A stretch of DNA of 64,000 nt from Trueperaceae bacterium (GTDB lineage: Bacteria; Deinococcota; Deinococci; Deinococcales; Trueperaceae): NCBI GenBank assembly GCA_965214405.1, contig OZ243956.1, positions 160,001 to 224,000 of the forward strand, written 5' to 3'. The position numbers and the translations under genes were made by a program. Within the stretch, counting starts at the first letter, position 1. Every line of letters starts with the position of its first letter. The notes beneath the pieces were generated by a model, which was given only the letters and a program-made list of their open reading frames with translations, did no database searches and was not told where the DNA came from. This document shows positions 47,070 to 56,713 of the stretch, piece after piece.

Positions 47070-47981
47070 ATGACCACCCACACCTTTACCCCCCGCCACT
47101 ACCACACCACCCTCGGCTCTCACGAACCCGTCTTGAGCGTCAAAAGCGGCGACACGGTCCAGACCACCACCGTAGACGCCGCGGGTCAGGACAGTACGGG
47201 CGAACGGGTCACCCCGCCCGGCAACCCCATGACCGGCCCCTTCTTTGTCGAGGGGGCGGAGCCGGGGGACACGCTTGAAGTGAGGTTGGGACGCATCACC
47301 CCCACGGGCACCTTCGGCTTCACCTCGAACGCCGTCGCCCCCAACGTCGTCGACCCCGACTTTGTAGTCGAACTGCCCGAGCGTAAACGCGTCCAGTGGC
47401 GGCTCGAGCACGACCAAAAAACCGCCTCTCCCGTTCTGCCCGGTTTGAAGCTCGAGGGCTTCACGCTTCCTTTCGCGCCGATGATTGGCTGCTTCGGCGT
47501 GGCTCCGGCAGGCGGACAGGCCATCTCCACCGCGACCTCCTGGACCCACGGCGGCAACATGGACTACCGCGGCTTTACGGAAAGCGTCAGCGCTTATTTT
47601 CCCGTTTTCGCGCCGGGCGCGCTCTTTTTTATTGGCGACGTTCACGCGCTCCAGGGAGACGGGGAGATTGTCGGGACAGGCGTTGAAGTCGCAAGCGAGG
47701 TGGTGTTTAGTGTAAAGCTCCTCAAAAAATCCTCCGAGTGGCCCAGAGGCGAGACCGACACCCACATCTTTACGGTTGGCAACGCGCGGCCTCTCGACCA
47801 GGCGGTGCAGCACGCGACCACCGAGATGCTGCGCTGGCTCCGGGACGATTATGCGCTGAGTCTAGAGGAGGCCTCCCTTTTGCTCGGGCAGTGCGTCCGT
47901 TATGACCTGGGCAACGTGTTCGACCCCGCTTACACGATGGTTTGTAAGCTGCCCAAGCGGGTGTTAGGGGGGCTAGGGTAA
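47070..47981 (+). CDS. Acetamidase/formamidase family protein
   Basis: TGPFFVEGAEPGD, HGGNMD, GDVHALQGDGE; AAGGAG SD. Confidence 0.9.
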   Translation: MTTHTFTPRHYHTTLGSHEPVLSVKSGDTVQTTTVDAAGQDSTGERVTPPGNPMTGPFFVEGAEPGDTLEVRLGRITPTGTFGFTSNAVAPNVVDPDFVVELPERKRVQWRLEHDQKTASPVLPGLKLEGFTLPFAPMIGCFGVAPAGGQAISTATSWTHGGNMDYRGFTESVSAYFPVFAPGALFFIGDVHALQGDGEIVGTGVEVASEVVFSVKLLKKSSEWPRGETDTHIFTVGNARPLDQAVQHATTEMLRWLRDDYALSLEEASLLLGQCVRYDLGNVFDPAYTMVCKLPKRVLGGLG

Positions 47982-48041
47982 ACGGGCAACGGACGCACCA
48001 CAGGGGGCAGTCAGAATAAACCGCCTGAATCTGGAGCGCTC

Positions 48042-48087
48042 AACGGCTCGAGCGGCGCGTGTGAAGAGGCATATGCAAGGTTCAAAA
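48042..48087 (+). repeat. Imperfect direct repeat, copy A
   Basis: AACGGCTCGAGCGG...GGTTCAAAA, similar to 48919-48962. Confidence 0.7.
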
Positions 48088-48124
48088 ACCTTGTGGACTT
48101 GAGAGCAATTGCTATACTAACGCC

Positions 48125-48484
48125 ATGCCTCAAAACGTCACCCTCACCCTCCCGGAAAGCCTTATGAGCGCCGCCGAGACGCAGGCGCAGCGGGACGCCC
48201 GTCCTGTTGAGGCGGTGCTGCTCGACTGGCTCAGCCAGGGTGCCGACTTGCCCGTTGCGTCACTCGGTGACGCGCAGGTGCTCGAGCTAATCCACACCCA
48301 ATTGAGCGACGGAGACCAGACACGCTTGAGCGCGCTGCTCGAGGGGCAACGTGAAGCCGCATTGACCCCGTCAGAAACAAGTGAGTTAGCAAGGCTGATG
48401 AACGTTTACCGGCGCGGTCTACTACGCAAAGCGGAGGCCCACAAGGTCGCAGTTGAGCGCGGCCTTATCCCGCCTCTAAGCTGA
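48125..48484 (+). CDS. Hypothetical antitoxin-like partner of the HNH nuclease
   Basis: N-terminal VTLTLPE (RHH-like); leaderless TGcTATACT promoter; abuts HNH gene. Confidence 0.7.
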   Translation: MPQNVTLTLPESLMSAAETQAQRDARPVEAVLLDWLSQGADLPVASLGDAQVLELIHTQLSDGDQTRLSALLEGQREAALTPSETSELARLMNVYRRGLLRKAEAHKVAVERGLIPPLS

Positions 48485-48913
48485 GTGCGCGGCTATCTTC
48501 CTGAAGCGTTGAGGCGGCGAGTGCGTGACGCCGCCCGTCACCGTTGCGGCTACTGCTTGAGCCCACAGCACCTGGTGATGGCGCGCCTCGAGATTGAACA
48601 CCTCACACCCCTTTCTAAAGGCGGTGGCAGCGAGGAGGATAATCTATGGCTGGCTTGCCCGCTATGCAATTCACACAAGGGGAGTCAGACGGAAGCGCCC
48701 GACCCGGAAACGGGCAGCGTTCATCCTCTTTTTAATCCGCGAACCGACCGCTGGCTCGAGCACTTCCGCTGGGCCGAGGCAGGCGTCAAGGTTATTGGAA
48801 CCACACCCATAGGACGGGCAACGGTCACGGCGCTCAAGCTCGACAGCGACCCCGACGCGCTGCTGGTGCGTAGTCTTTGGGTACAGGCAGGGTGGCACCC
48901 ACCAGAGTCTTGA
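48485..48913 (+). CDS. HNH endonuclease
   Basis: RCGYC, IEH..PLSKGG, NLWLACPLCNSHKG, LFNPR. Confidence 0.9.
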   Translation: MRGYLPEALRRRVRDAARHRCGYCLSPQHLVMARLEIEHLTPLSKGGGSEEDNLWLACPLCNSHKGSQTEAPDPETGSVHPLFNPRTDRWLEHFRWAEAGVKVIGTTPIGRATVTALKLDSDPDALLVRSLWVQAGWHPPES

Positions 48914-48918
48914 CGAGG

Positions 48919-48962
48919 AACGGCTCGAGCGGAGCGCGGGAGGGGGCGATGAGGGTTCAAAA
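48919..48962 (+). repeat. Imperfect direct repeat, copy B
   Basis: AACGGCTCGAGCGG...GGTTCAAAA. Confidence 0.7.
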
Positions 48963-49098
48963 GGCTTTTGAGCCAGAGTAGATTTCTTTGAGTTTAGGGG
49001 CCGTTTTTCGCAGTACGCGCGCTAGGCCAACGCCGCCGAGTCATTCACAGTCTACGACTACGCTGAGAAGCTATAAAATAAACGCACGGAGGTCCAAC

Positions 49099-49320
49099 GT
49101 GACCGTTGTTGAAAAATTGCAGACAGCCCAGTTCGTGGTGGACGCTAACGGAATCAGAAAAGCGGTGGTTCTCGAGTTTGCCCTTTGGGAGGAGCTTTTA
49201 CTAATCCTCGAGGACGCTGAGGACGCTGAAGAACTGAACCTCCTCCGCGAGTTTGAAGAAGAGGTCGTTTCTTGGGAGCAGGCCAAGGCGGAACTGCGCG
49301 CCGAAGGGGTAGATGTATAG
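49099..49320 (+). CDS. Putative RelB-like antitoxin
   Basis: GGAGG SD and GTG; acidic 73 aa (QFVVDANG.RKAVV...LEDAED...VSWEQAK); overlaps the toxin start. Confidence 0.75.
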   Translation: MTVVEKLQTAQFVVDANGIRKAVVLEFALWEELLLILEDAEDAEELNLLREFEEEVVSWEQAKAELRAEGVDV

Positions 49321-49560
49321 CGTTCGCGTTTTGCGGCGCGCTGTCAAAGACATTGCCAAACTACCCGAGGGCTATACGCGCTTGGTGAGCCAACACGACG
49401 GCCTTGCCGGTAAGCCTCGACCAGCGGACGCGAAAAAGCTTCGTGGGCGAGATGATTACAGCTTACGAGTGGGCGTATATCTATTTTGTACGATGTCAAC
49501 GATGAGACTCAGGTGGTGACAGTTTACCGCGTAAAACACCGTCGAGAAGCTTACCGTTAA
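49313..49560 (+). pseudogene. Frameshifted RelE/ParE-family toxin
   Basis: ...LRVGVY, then one base missing at ~49481-49482; other frame continues ILYDVNDETQVVTVYRVKHRREAYR*. Confidence 0.8.
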
Positions 49561-49577
49561 ATGTTACCAAATACACG

Positions 49578-49850
49578 CTAAGCCAGCGCCGCCAGGTCAT
49601 AATCCGGCGACTGATGGCGAAAGTAGGTGTTGTAAAGCTCCGCGTAGTGCCCGCCCTCCTTCAAAAGCCCCTCGTGCGTGCCTTCTTCAATCACCTCCCC
49701 CTCGCTAAGGACGATGATGCGGTCTGCGGTGCGGATGGTAGAAAGCCTGTGCGCGATGACGATGGCGGTGCGCTCGCGCAAGACGACCTCGAGTCCCTCC
49801 TGAATCTGCGCCTCGGTCAAGGGGTCCACGCTGGCGGTGGCTCATCGACC
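49578..49850 (-). pseudogene. C-terminal remnant of an ABC exporter ATPase
   Basis: DE/(frameshift)TASVDP, IAHRLSTI, EEGTH; no upstream body. Confidence 0.8.
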
Positions 49851-49951
49851 CATAGACAGAGCCCGGCCCGCCTCGCCGACATCGGTGTAGCGTCCCTCTC
49901 TTTGTACCCCCCGTTAGCCACGCCCAAAGCGCTTTCGTTAAGATTGACGAG

Positions 49952-50749
49952 ATGACGGACCCAATGACGAACACCCGGTACGACACCGGCTGGCAAACCA
50001 CCCTCGCCGAAGGGCGCGCGCAAGAGGCGCTCAGGCAGTATCTCAGCTCGAGTGGGGACGCCCGAGCGGCGCAACCAGGGGTGGGCGACGCGCTCTCGCT
50101 CCTCGCGCGCGTTCAGGACGACGCGCGCGCCAAACGCTTTGCCAAGGCGCTCACGCGTGTCAAGCGCGAACGCGAGGAACTGCCCGCGCTGGTACCCTGG
50201 GACGAGCTCGAGGCCCAGCTCGAGAGCCTCCGGGAGGCCAACAAGAGCCTCGACCGGCGCGACTCCGAGGAGGCGCTGGCGCGGCTTGACGGGGTGACTT
50301 TATCCCTGCTGGAGGCTGAAAAAGATACGCTCATGGGCACCGCGTATATCTTCGTAAACGACCTGGAGCGCGCCGAGGCGTGTTTTGGGCGGGCGCTGGC
50401 GCGTGATCCCAAACATTACCGGGCGCAGACCAATAAGGGCAACTTAGCGCTCGAGGCGGGGCGCGTAGACGAGGCCATCAGCGCGTATGAGGCCGCGCTC
50501 AAACTCGAGCCCAACTTCCCCAACGCGCACCACAACTTGGGCGTCGCCTACCGGCGCAAAGGCCACATCAACAAAAGCGTCCGCGCGATTCGCACCGCGC
50601 AGCGCACCTCGCGCCGCCACGACACCGAAGACGCGCGCGAGTCGTTCAAAAATATGCGCGTAGGCGGGAGCCGCACACTGCGGTACGCGCTCTGGGGCGT
50701 TGGTGCGGTCTTGCTTTACTTTTTTCTTAGGTCACAAGGGATTCTTTAG
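49952..50749 (+). CDS. TPR-repeat protein with C-terminal TM helix
   Basis: TPR motifs (AISAYEAALKLEPNFPNAHHNLGVAY); leaderless TAAGAT. Confidence 0.85.
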   Translation: MTDPMTNTRYDTGWQTTLAEGRAQEALRQYLSSSGDARAAQPGVGDALSLLARVQDDARAKRFAKALTRVKREREELPALVPWDELEAQLESLREANKSLDRRDSEEALARLDGVTLSLLEAEKDTLMGTAYIFVNDLERAEACFGRALARDPKHYRAQTNKGNLALEAGRVDEAISAYEAALKLEPNFPNAHHNLGVAYRRKGHINKSVRAIRTAQRTSRRHDTEDARESFKNMRVGGSRTLRYALWGVGAVLLYFFLRSQGIL

Positions 50750-50831
50750 GTGAGGAGACGGGGAGTAAAGGGAGAGGAAATTCTTCCCGTCTCCTCCGCC
50801 CTCGTAAAAAGCTGTGGCAGCGCCGGAACCA

Positions 50832-51911
50832 TCAACAGATAGACGCCACCACGCGGGCCGTAGAGACGCGCTCGAGCAGATGCTCGCAAAACGCCTCCTT
50901 GTCGCCCGTATCGACCAAGGCCACCACGCAGCCGCCGAAGCCCGCGCCCGTGAGCCTCGCGCCGTAGCACGCTTCGAAGACCAAGCTCGCCTCGACGAGC
51001 TGGTCTAGGGCGGGGCTCGAGACCTCGTAATCGTCGCGCAGCGACACGTGCGACTGGGTCATGAGCGAGCCGAAAGCGACGGCGTTGCCCGTGTCTAAAA
51101 CCTCAGCGGCCTCCTCGACGCGCCGATTTTCGTGGTAGACGTGCCGGGCGCGCTTCAAAAGGTTGCCGTAGAGGTCGCGGAACCCCTCGGGCTCGAGCTC
51201 GCGCAACGACCCGAGACCCAAAATATCCGCCACCTCCCGGCACTCTGCCACCCGCTCCGCGTAGGCCGAGCCGGAGAGCGTGCGGGGCGCGTTCGAGTCT
51301 ATAACGACAAAACACCACGCTTCAGGCACGGCGAGCACCCGGTAATCAAAGCTGCGGCAGTCGAGCAAAATCGCCTCGCCGGGGCGGGACACGCTGCTCG
51401 AGAACTGGTCCATGATGCCCGAGGGCACGCCCACATAGTCGTTCTCGGCGCGCTTGCAGAGTTTGGCGATATCAACGTCACTCAGCGCCAGCCCGTCCAC
51501 CTCGCGCCAGACCCGCGCGACGGCCACCTCGAGCGCCGCCGAACTCGACAGCCCCGAGCCCGTCGGCACGTCGCTGGCGATACTCAGCTCGAGCCCACTA
51601 AGCCCGCACCCCGCCCCGCGCAACGCCCAGGCGGTGCCCGCCAAATACGCGCCCCAGCCCTCCACGCCCTCGTCACCGGGCCGGAAGGTGACGGTTTCCT
51701 CGGACGCTTCGGACGCGGCGCGCACCTCGCCCTCGAGCCGCCGGTAGGCCAAAGCCGTCTCCAAATTCAGCGCAGCGGGCAGCACGAGGCCGCCCGTATA
51801 GTCCGTGTGGTCGCCAATCAAATTGACGCGGCCCGGCGCACTCACGACGCCCTCTGGGGATGCGCCGTAAGTCTCCCTGAAAAGCTCCGCCGCTCGCTCT
51901 TTCGCGTTCAT
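50832..51911 (-). CDS. galK: Galactokinase
   Basis: APGRVNLIGDHTDY, PTGSGLSSSA, GIMDQ, GARLTGAGFGG. Confidence 0.93.
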   Translation of the reverse strand: MNAKERAAELFRETYGASPEGVVSAPGRVNLIGDHTDYTGGLVLPAALNLETALAYRRLEGEVRAASEASEETVTFRPGDEGVEGWGAYLAGTAWALRGAGCGLSGLELSIASDVPTGSGLSSSAALEVAVARVWREVDGLALSDVDIAKLCKRAENDYVGVPSGIMDQFSSSVSRPGEAILLDCRSFDYRVLAVPEAWCFVVIDSNAPRTLSGSAYAERVAECREVADILGLGSLRELEPEGFRDLYGNLLKRARHVYHENRRVEEAAEVLDTGNAVAFGSLMTQSHVSLRDDYEVSSPALDQLVEASLVFEACYGARLTGAGFGGCVVALVDTGDKEAFCEHLLERVSTARVVASIC

Positions 51912-52978
51912 AAAACCAGCACCTCCGGACGCCGCCGCCCGCCGACCTCGCGGGTGGGCCAGCGGTCGTCTAAGGTGAGGAGCTCGAGCGTCTCCCCTTT
52001 CAAAAGCGCCGTGTCCTCCACCTTGACCCCCGGCAGCGACGGGTTCCAGGCATACGCGGAGCCCTCGACAAGCATCCGCTCGCTCCCCGGCACGGCGACA
52101 AAATCGCGGGTGAGGTAGCCCGTCGGCCCGCCCTGATGATGTTCCCGCCACGCGCCCTCAAACCCCGCCTCGGCGTAGGCCTCCTCTAAAACTGTAAAGA
52201 GGTCGCGCACGAGCACGCCGTGCTGCGTCGCGTCAAAGATAGCGCGCTCAATCTCCAAAAGAGATGTGTAGTCCCGCGCCTGCGCCTCCGTCTCGCCGAA
52301 ACTCACAAAGCGCGTGATGTTGGCGTACACCCCGTGACGGCGCGGGCAGGCGACCGCCATCACCCGTTTTTCTATCCGCTTCGCCTGGGGGATGGGATGC
52401 TTGTAACCTTGTAAACGTTCATCGCTGCCCACGAGTAGCACCACGGGCTGCGCCCCGTGAGCGCGCAAACCCTCGGCGAGCCGCCCGGCAAGCTCAAATT
52501 CTGTCAAACCGGGCTCGAGTTCCATCAAAACGTCCGAAAAAACCGCCGACGCGTCGCGGCAGAGCTCGCGGTAGCGCGTCACCTCGTCCGGCAAGAGGGG
52601 CACCCGCAGGGGCCAAAAGTCTCGCGTAGGCCAGCCTGAGCTCGGCGTGTCTGAGAGCACCCGCCCGGAGCCGGTCGCCTCCTGAAGCAGCTTTTCCTTG
52701 GCCTCCGGCTCGTACCAGGGCGCGTACACGACCTCTATACCCTCGGGCAGTTCTTCGCGTTCTAAGCGCGCTCGCTCGATGCTCGAGGCCACCACCACAC
52801 ACGCGTCTTTGGTCACCACCGCCTCGGCGACAGACGCGTTGGTGAGCGAGACCGCCAAATCCGCGCCACCCAAAAGCCACGCCAGGTTGCCGAGCGTCCC
52901 GAAGTGAACCGCTCCCAGACCGTTCGCCGCCATCATCAGCCGGACGCGCGCCAATTTTTCCGCTAATTCGTTGTCCAT
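51908..52978 (-). CDS. M24-family (Xaa-Pro peptidase-like) protein
   Basis: ANITR, HHQGG.TGY, AWNPS..GVKVED. Confidence 0.8.
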   Translation of the reverse strand: MDNELAEKLARVRLMMAANGLGAVHFGTLGNLAWLLGGADLAVSLTNASVAEAVVTKDACVVVASSIERARLEREELPEGIEVVYAPWYEPEAKEKLLQEATGSGRVLSDTPSSGWPTRDFWPLRVPLLPDEVTRYRELCRDASAVFSDVLMELEPGLTEFELAGRLAEGLRAHGAQPVVLLVGSDERLQGYKHPIPQAKRIEKRVMAVACPRRHGVYANITRFVSFGETEAQARDYTSLLEIERAIFDATQHGVLVRDLFTVLEEAYAEAGFEGAWREHHQGGPTGYLTRDFVAVPGSERMLVEGSAYAWNPSLPGVKVEDTALLKGETLELLTLDDRWPTREVGGRRRPEVLVL

Positions 52979-53059
52979 AGCACCCCATTTACCGGATATC
53001 GGACGTTCACGCTAGCACGAAGCCTACCCTGCGGCAAGTCCTGGATAAGATACGTGGTC

Positions 53060-54103
53060 ATGAACCTCCTCAAACCCCCACGCCTTCAACCCGGCGATAC
53101 CGTCGCCGCCATCTCCCTCTCGAGCGGCCTCGCCAATGCTTACCCGCAGGTGTACGGGACGGCGAAACGCACTCTCGAGGAGACGTTCGGCCTCACCGTC
53201 ATCCCAACGCCTCACGCGCTTCAAAGTAACGACTGGCTTTATAACCATCCCGAAGCGCGCGCCGACGACCTCCACTGGGCGCTCACGAATCCTGAAGTCA
53301 AGGGCATCTTCTCCTGCATCGGCGGCTACGAGTCGGTTCGGATTTTGCCGTTCGTAAAAGAGAGCATCATCCGCGAGCATCCCAAAGTCTTTATGGGTTT
53401 TTCGGACTCGACGGTTCAGCATATAGCGTTTTTTAACGCGGGCGTCGCGTCGTTTTATGGGCCAAGCATGTTGGCGGGACTCTCGACTTTGAAAGCGTAC
53501 TCTTATACGCTCGAGTCCATCCGTCACACCCTCTTTAGCCCCGAACCTGTGGGGAGGCTCGAGCCCGCTCCGGCCTGGACGGAAACGTTTCTCGACTGGG
53601 ATACACCTGACTACGCGGCCAAAGCTCATGTGCCAAAAGCTTTACAACCAAACGAGGGCTGGGTCTGGCTTCAGGGTGAGGCTCGGGGCGAAGGGCATTT
53701 GCTGGGAGGCTGCGCGGACGTGCTCGAGATGCTCAAAGGCACCCGCTGGTGGCCTTCTTTGGAAGATTGGCGCGGCGCGATTCTTTACCTGGAAACGAGC
53801 GAAGAAGCGCCCCCGCCGAACCTCGTCGAATACTGGCTTCGCAACTACGCGTCGCAAGGGATTTTGCCCGTACTTTCGGCCCTCCTGCTGGCCCGCCCCT
53901 ACGGCTATACGGACGAGATGAAGGAGGAGCTTTACCGCGTGGTGAAGAAAGTGTTGGCTGAAGGCGGGCTCGAGGGCCTGCCCGTGGTCGCCAATATGGA
54001 CTTTGGACATACGAGCCCGATGATAGTTTTGCCCAACGGCTGCCGGGCGAGCGTGGACCCTGTGGCGTGGCGGGTGGAGGTGTTGGAGGCGGGGGTTAGT
54101 TAA
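53060..54103 (+). CDS. S66 peptidase (LD-carboxypeptidase/MccF-like)
   Basis: IGGYES, GFSDST, LETSEE, DFGHT. Confidence 0.9.
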   Translation: MNLLKPPRLQPGDTVAAISLSSGLANAYPQVYGTAKRTLEETFGLTVIPTPHALQSNDWLYNHPEARADDLHWALTNPEVKGIFSCIGGYESVRILPFVKESIIREHPKVFMGFSDSTVQHIAFFNAGVASFYGPSMLAGLSTLKAYSYTLESIRHTLFSPEPVGRLEPAPAWTETFLDWDTPDYAAKAHVPKALQPNEGWVWLQGEARGEGHLLGGCADVLEMLKGTRWWPSLEDWRGAILYLETSEEAPPPNLVEYWLRNYASQGILPVLSALLLARPYGYTDEMKEELYRVVKKVLAEGGLEGLPVVANMDFGHTSPMIVLPNGCRASVDPVAWRVEVLEAGVS

Positions 54104-54650
54104 CCCTCACCGCAAGGAGCACCGCCGCCCGCTCCGTCACCAGGACTTCGGTGGTGAGGAGTCGGGTGTCACCAAACCAGCGTTCGCGCCGCCTGTCGGG
54201 TTTGCCGCGCCACGCCTCGGGCCAGTGTTTCTCCGGCGTAAAGTCGTCCAGCACGATGAGCCCGCCCGGTGCGGTCGCCGCGACCACCTCGCCGTGTCCC
54301 TCGTCTTTGGCTTCGCTCACGTCGGCAAACACGAGGCTGAACGGCCCCTCGTGGAGCGCCCCTCGCCAGTCGCCAGCGAGAAAGCGGGCGTTTTTTCGCT
54401 CGAGAAGCCTCTCTACCTGGGCCTGCCGCGCTTCGTCAGCATCTACGCTGATAAACGTTTGGTCGTCGCGGAGGCCGGAGAGCAGCCACGCCGCACCGAC
54501 CCCGCAGCCCGTGCCGAGTTCGGCGATCACGCCGGGACCCGCCGCCGCAGTGAGCACGCGCAGGAGCCGCCCGACTTCGGCGTTGCAGGAGTTGGTGAAG
54601 CCTGAATCCTCAGCAAACGAGAGGGCGCGCAGGACTTCGGGAGGCGTCAC
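54096..54650 (-). CDS. Class I SAM-dependent O-methyltransferase-like protein
   Basis: ELGTGCGVG, LVFAD, PGGLIVLDD. Confidence 0.85.
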   Translation of the reverse strand: MTPPEVLRALSFAEDSGFTNSCNAEVGRLLRVLTAAAGPGVIAELGTGCGVGAAWLLSGLRDDQTFISVDADEARQAQVERLLERKNARFLAGDWRGALHEGPFSLVFADVSEAKDEGHGEVVAATAPGGLIVLDDFTPEKHWPEAWRGKPDRRRERWFGDTRLLTTEVLVTERAAVLLAVRVN

Positions 54651-55315
54651 GCTTCAGCCTTGGATTGGTCGATGACGCCTTCTATAAGCTCGAGCACCCT
54701 CTCAACCTCCGCGCCTGCTCGAGCGAGCGCCTGAAGCTCTCCAGTTTCGTGCAAGCTCTCCCCCGCCGCGACGCCCACCGGCACCACCGCCCGCCAGGCG
54801 TCAAAAAACGCGGCGAAAGAACTCTGGCGAAGGTGCGCCTCAATCTGCAATGCGACGAGCACGTTTTCGAGAGGAGCTGACTGGGATCCCACACAGGTGA
54901 GGTTTTTCATTTTGAAGTAGGGCACTTGCTCGAGCATCCCGCTACACCCCGCCCACGGGTCGCGCGAGGCGAAGTGAGACTCCCTAATGCTCGCCATGCG
55001 AATCGCGCCCATGCACAGGGGGCAGGGCTCGGTGGTGGTGTAGAGAACGCTCTCGCGCGCGTTGTAGCGCTCAAAGTCAAACGTCACGAGCGCGTTCATT
55101 TCCGCGTGGGCGAGTGGATGCCCCGCGAGGTGCGGCGGCGCGGCTTCTTCATAGAGGCGGTTGCGGCCCCTCGAGAGGACGCGCCCCGCCCGGTCCGTCA
55201 CCACCGAGGCGATGGGCAGCGAGCCCGCGCAGTAGGCTTCCCACGCTAGGCGAACGCACGCCTGCCAGGGCTGCGAAAGTTCCTCCCATATACCTGACGT
55301 CACACCCGGCGTCAC
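54647..55315 (-). CDS. Nucleoside/cytosine deaminase-family protein
   Basis: HAE and EPCPLC zinc motifs. Confidence 0.88.
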   Translation of the reverse strand: MTPGVTSGIWEELSQPWQACVRLAWEAYCAGSLPIASVVTDRAGRVLSRGRNRLYEEAAPPHLAGHPLAHAEMNALVTFDFERYNARESVLYTTTEPCPLCMGAIRMASIRESHFASRDPWAGCSGMLEQVPYFKMKNLTCVGSQSAPLENVLVALQIEAHLRQSSFAAFFDAWRAVVPVGVAAGESLHETGELQALARAGAEVERVLELIEGVIDQSKAEA

Positions 55316-55430
55316 AGCGCCTCACTGTGTTTGATAAACAGGTCGTCTAACGCCTCGCGCAACAAGCTCGCCTCGGTGCGGTTGAGGGCGGCGGAGAGCT
55401 TGGAGAGTTTCTCGAGGCTTGCTTTAGAAT

Positions 55431-56713
55431 CAATACTTCGGACAGGTATTGAAAAGAAGGAAGCCATCACGCTAGTTTGAATGTGTGATGAAACAAACAG
55501 ATGATGGCTTGCTAGAGATTATAGACGAAGCGCTGATAAAGATGCCAGGGGTAGGCAAATGGCAACGAGATTTTCTAAGACAGTTGTTCAGTACCGTGCT
55601 GTTGGTGTACGGCAAGCTCAACTTCAGCAACTTAGCCAGACATAGCGAACTGGATGAGAAAACGTACCGCAGAGGTTTTAGACGAGACTTTGACTTCGAG
55701 ATGTTCAACCTGCATTGTCTAGGGCAACGTACTACGAGCGGCGAACTGGTGGCAGCACTAGACGCGAGCTACTTAGCTAAAAGCGGGAAACAGACGTTTG
55801 GGCTGGGTAAATTTTACAGTGGCTGTATAGGTAGGGCAGTAAAAGGCTTAGAGATTAGTGAACTGGCTTTGATTGACCGTGACAGCCGTCAGGCATTTGC
55901 TTTTTCAACGAGGCAGACTGTGGCTAAGGCGGGGAAAAGCCGCGTTGAGCAGTATGCCGAACACGTAGAAGCCTGTGCTGAAACCTTGCCTAAAGAGGTC
56001 AACTATCTGCTGGTAGACGGCTATTACAGCAAGAAGGGGTTTGTTGACACAGTGTGTGCTCTAGGAAAGCTTGAGGTAGTGGGCAAACTACGCTGTGACG
56101 CCAACCTACGCTATCTCTACCGAGGAGCCTACTGTGGCAAAGGACGCCCTAAACGCTATGATGGCAAGGTTGATTTTGGAGACCTGAGCCGGTTTGTTTA
56201 TGAGAGCGAAACTGAACCGCAGCTTCACATCTATACGCAAACCCTTTGGCATGTTGGTTTGAAACGTCTTCTTCGCGTTGTGCTACTGCTCGATACCAGC
56301 AAAGCCAAACCTCGTTACATCTTGCTCTTTTCGACAGACCTGAGTCTTACCGGCAAGGAGATACTAGACCTTTACAAGTTACGCTTCCAAATCGAATTCC
56401 TGTTTCGGGATGCTAAACAGTTTACAGGTCTTTGTGACTGCCAAGCCAGAGATGCAAAAGCACTTGCCTTTCATTTCAACACCGCTTTATCGGCTGTTAA
56501 TCTTGCCAAGTTAGACCTTCTAAACCAGCAAGAGGGAGAGCAAGCTTTCGTCTTCTCTTTAAGCAGTTACATCCACCGTTCTTTCAGTCACCGACTGCTT
56601 TCTCGACTTTTTGCAAGCTTAGACTTTGACCTCAGTTGCAATAAAGTTCAGTCCGCTTTTAACCATGCCCTTGCCTTCGGGCTAGCTTGTCCTTAAATCT
56701 GTCCGGAGTATTG
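55431..56713 (+). mobile_element. Insertion sequence, IS4/IS701-like DDE element, 1283 bp
   Basis: 15-bp TIRs CAATACTTCGGACAG / CTGTCCGGAGTATTG (1 mismatch); 7-bp TSD TTAGAAT at 55424-55430 and 56714-56720; low GC. Confidence 0.93.
55488..56696 (+). CDS. DDE transposase
   Basis: ALDAS, LVDGYY, YKLRFQIEFLFRDAK (Y-x2-R-x3-E-x6-K motif). Confidence 0.92.
   Translation: MKQTDDGLLEIIDEALIKMPGVGKWQRDFLRQLFSTVLLVYGKLNFSNLARHSELDEKTYRRGFRRDFDFEMFNLHCLGQRTTSGELVAALDASYLAKSGKQTFGLGKFYSGCIGRAVKGLEISELALIDRDSRQAFAFSTRQTVAKAGKSRVEQYAEHVEACAETLPKEVNYLLVDGYYSKKGFVDTVCALGKLEVVGKLRCDANLRYLYRGAYCGKGRPKRYDGKVDFGDLSRFVYESETEPQLHIYTQTLWHVGLKRLLRVVLLLDTSKAKPRYILLFSTDLSLTGKEILDLYKLRFQIEFLFRDAKQFTGLCDCQARDAKALAFHFNTALSAVNLAKLDLLNQQEGEQAFVFSLSSYIHRSFSHRLLSRLFASLDFDLSCNKVQSAFNHALAFGLACP

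Noticed and set aside
51912..52151. 80-aa N-terminal extension of galK (and the 29-aa extension of tgt)
   Set aside because: The galK extension overlaps the M24 gene and the ATG at 51911 overlaps its stop; the tgt extension runs over its promoter.
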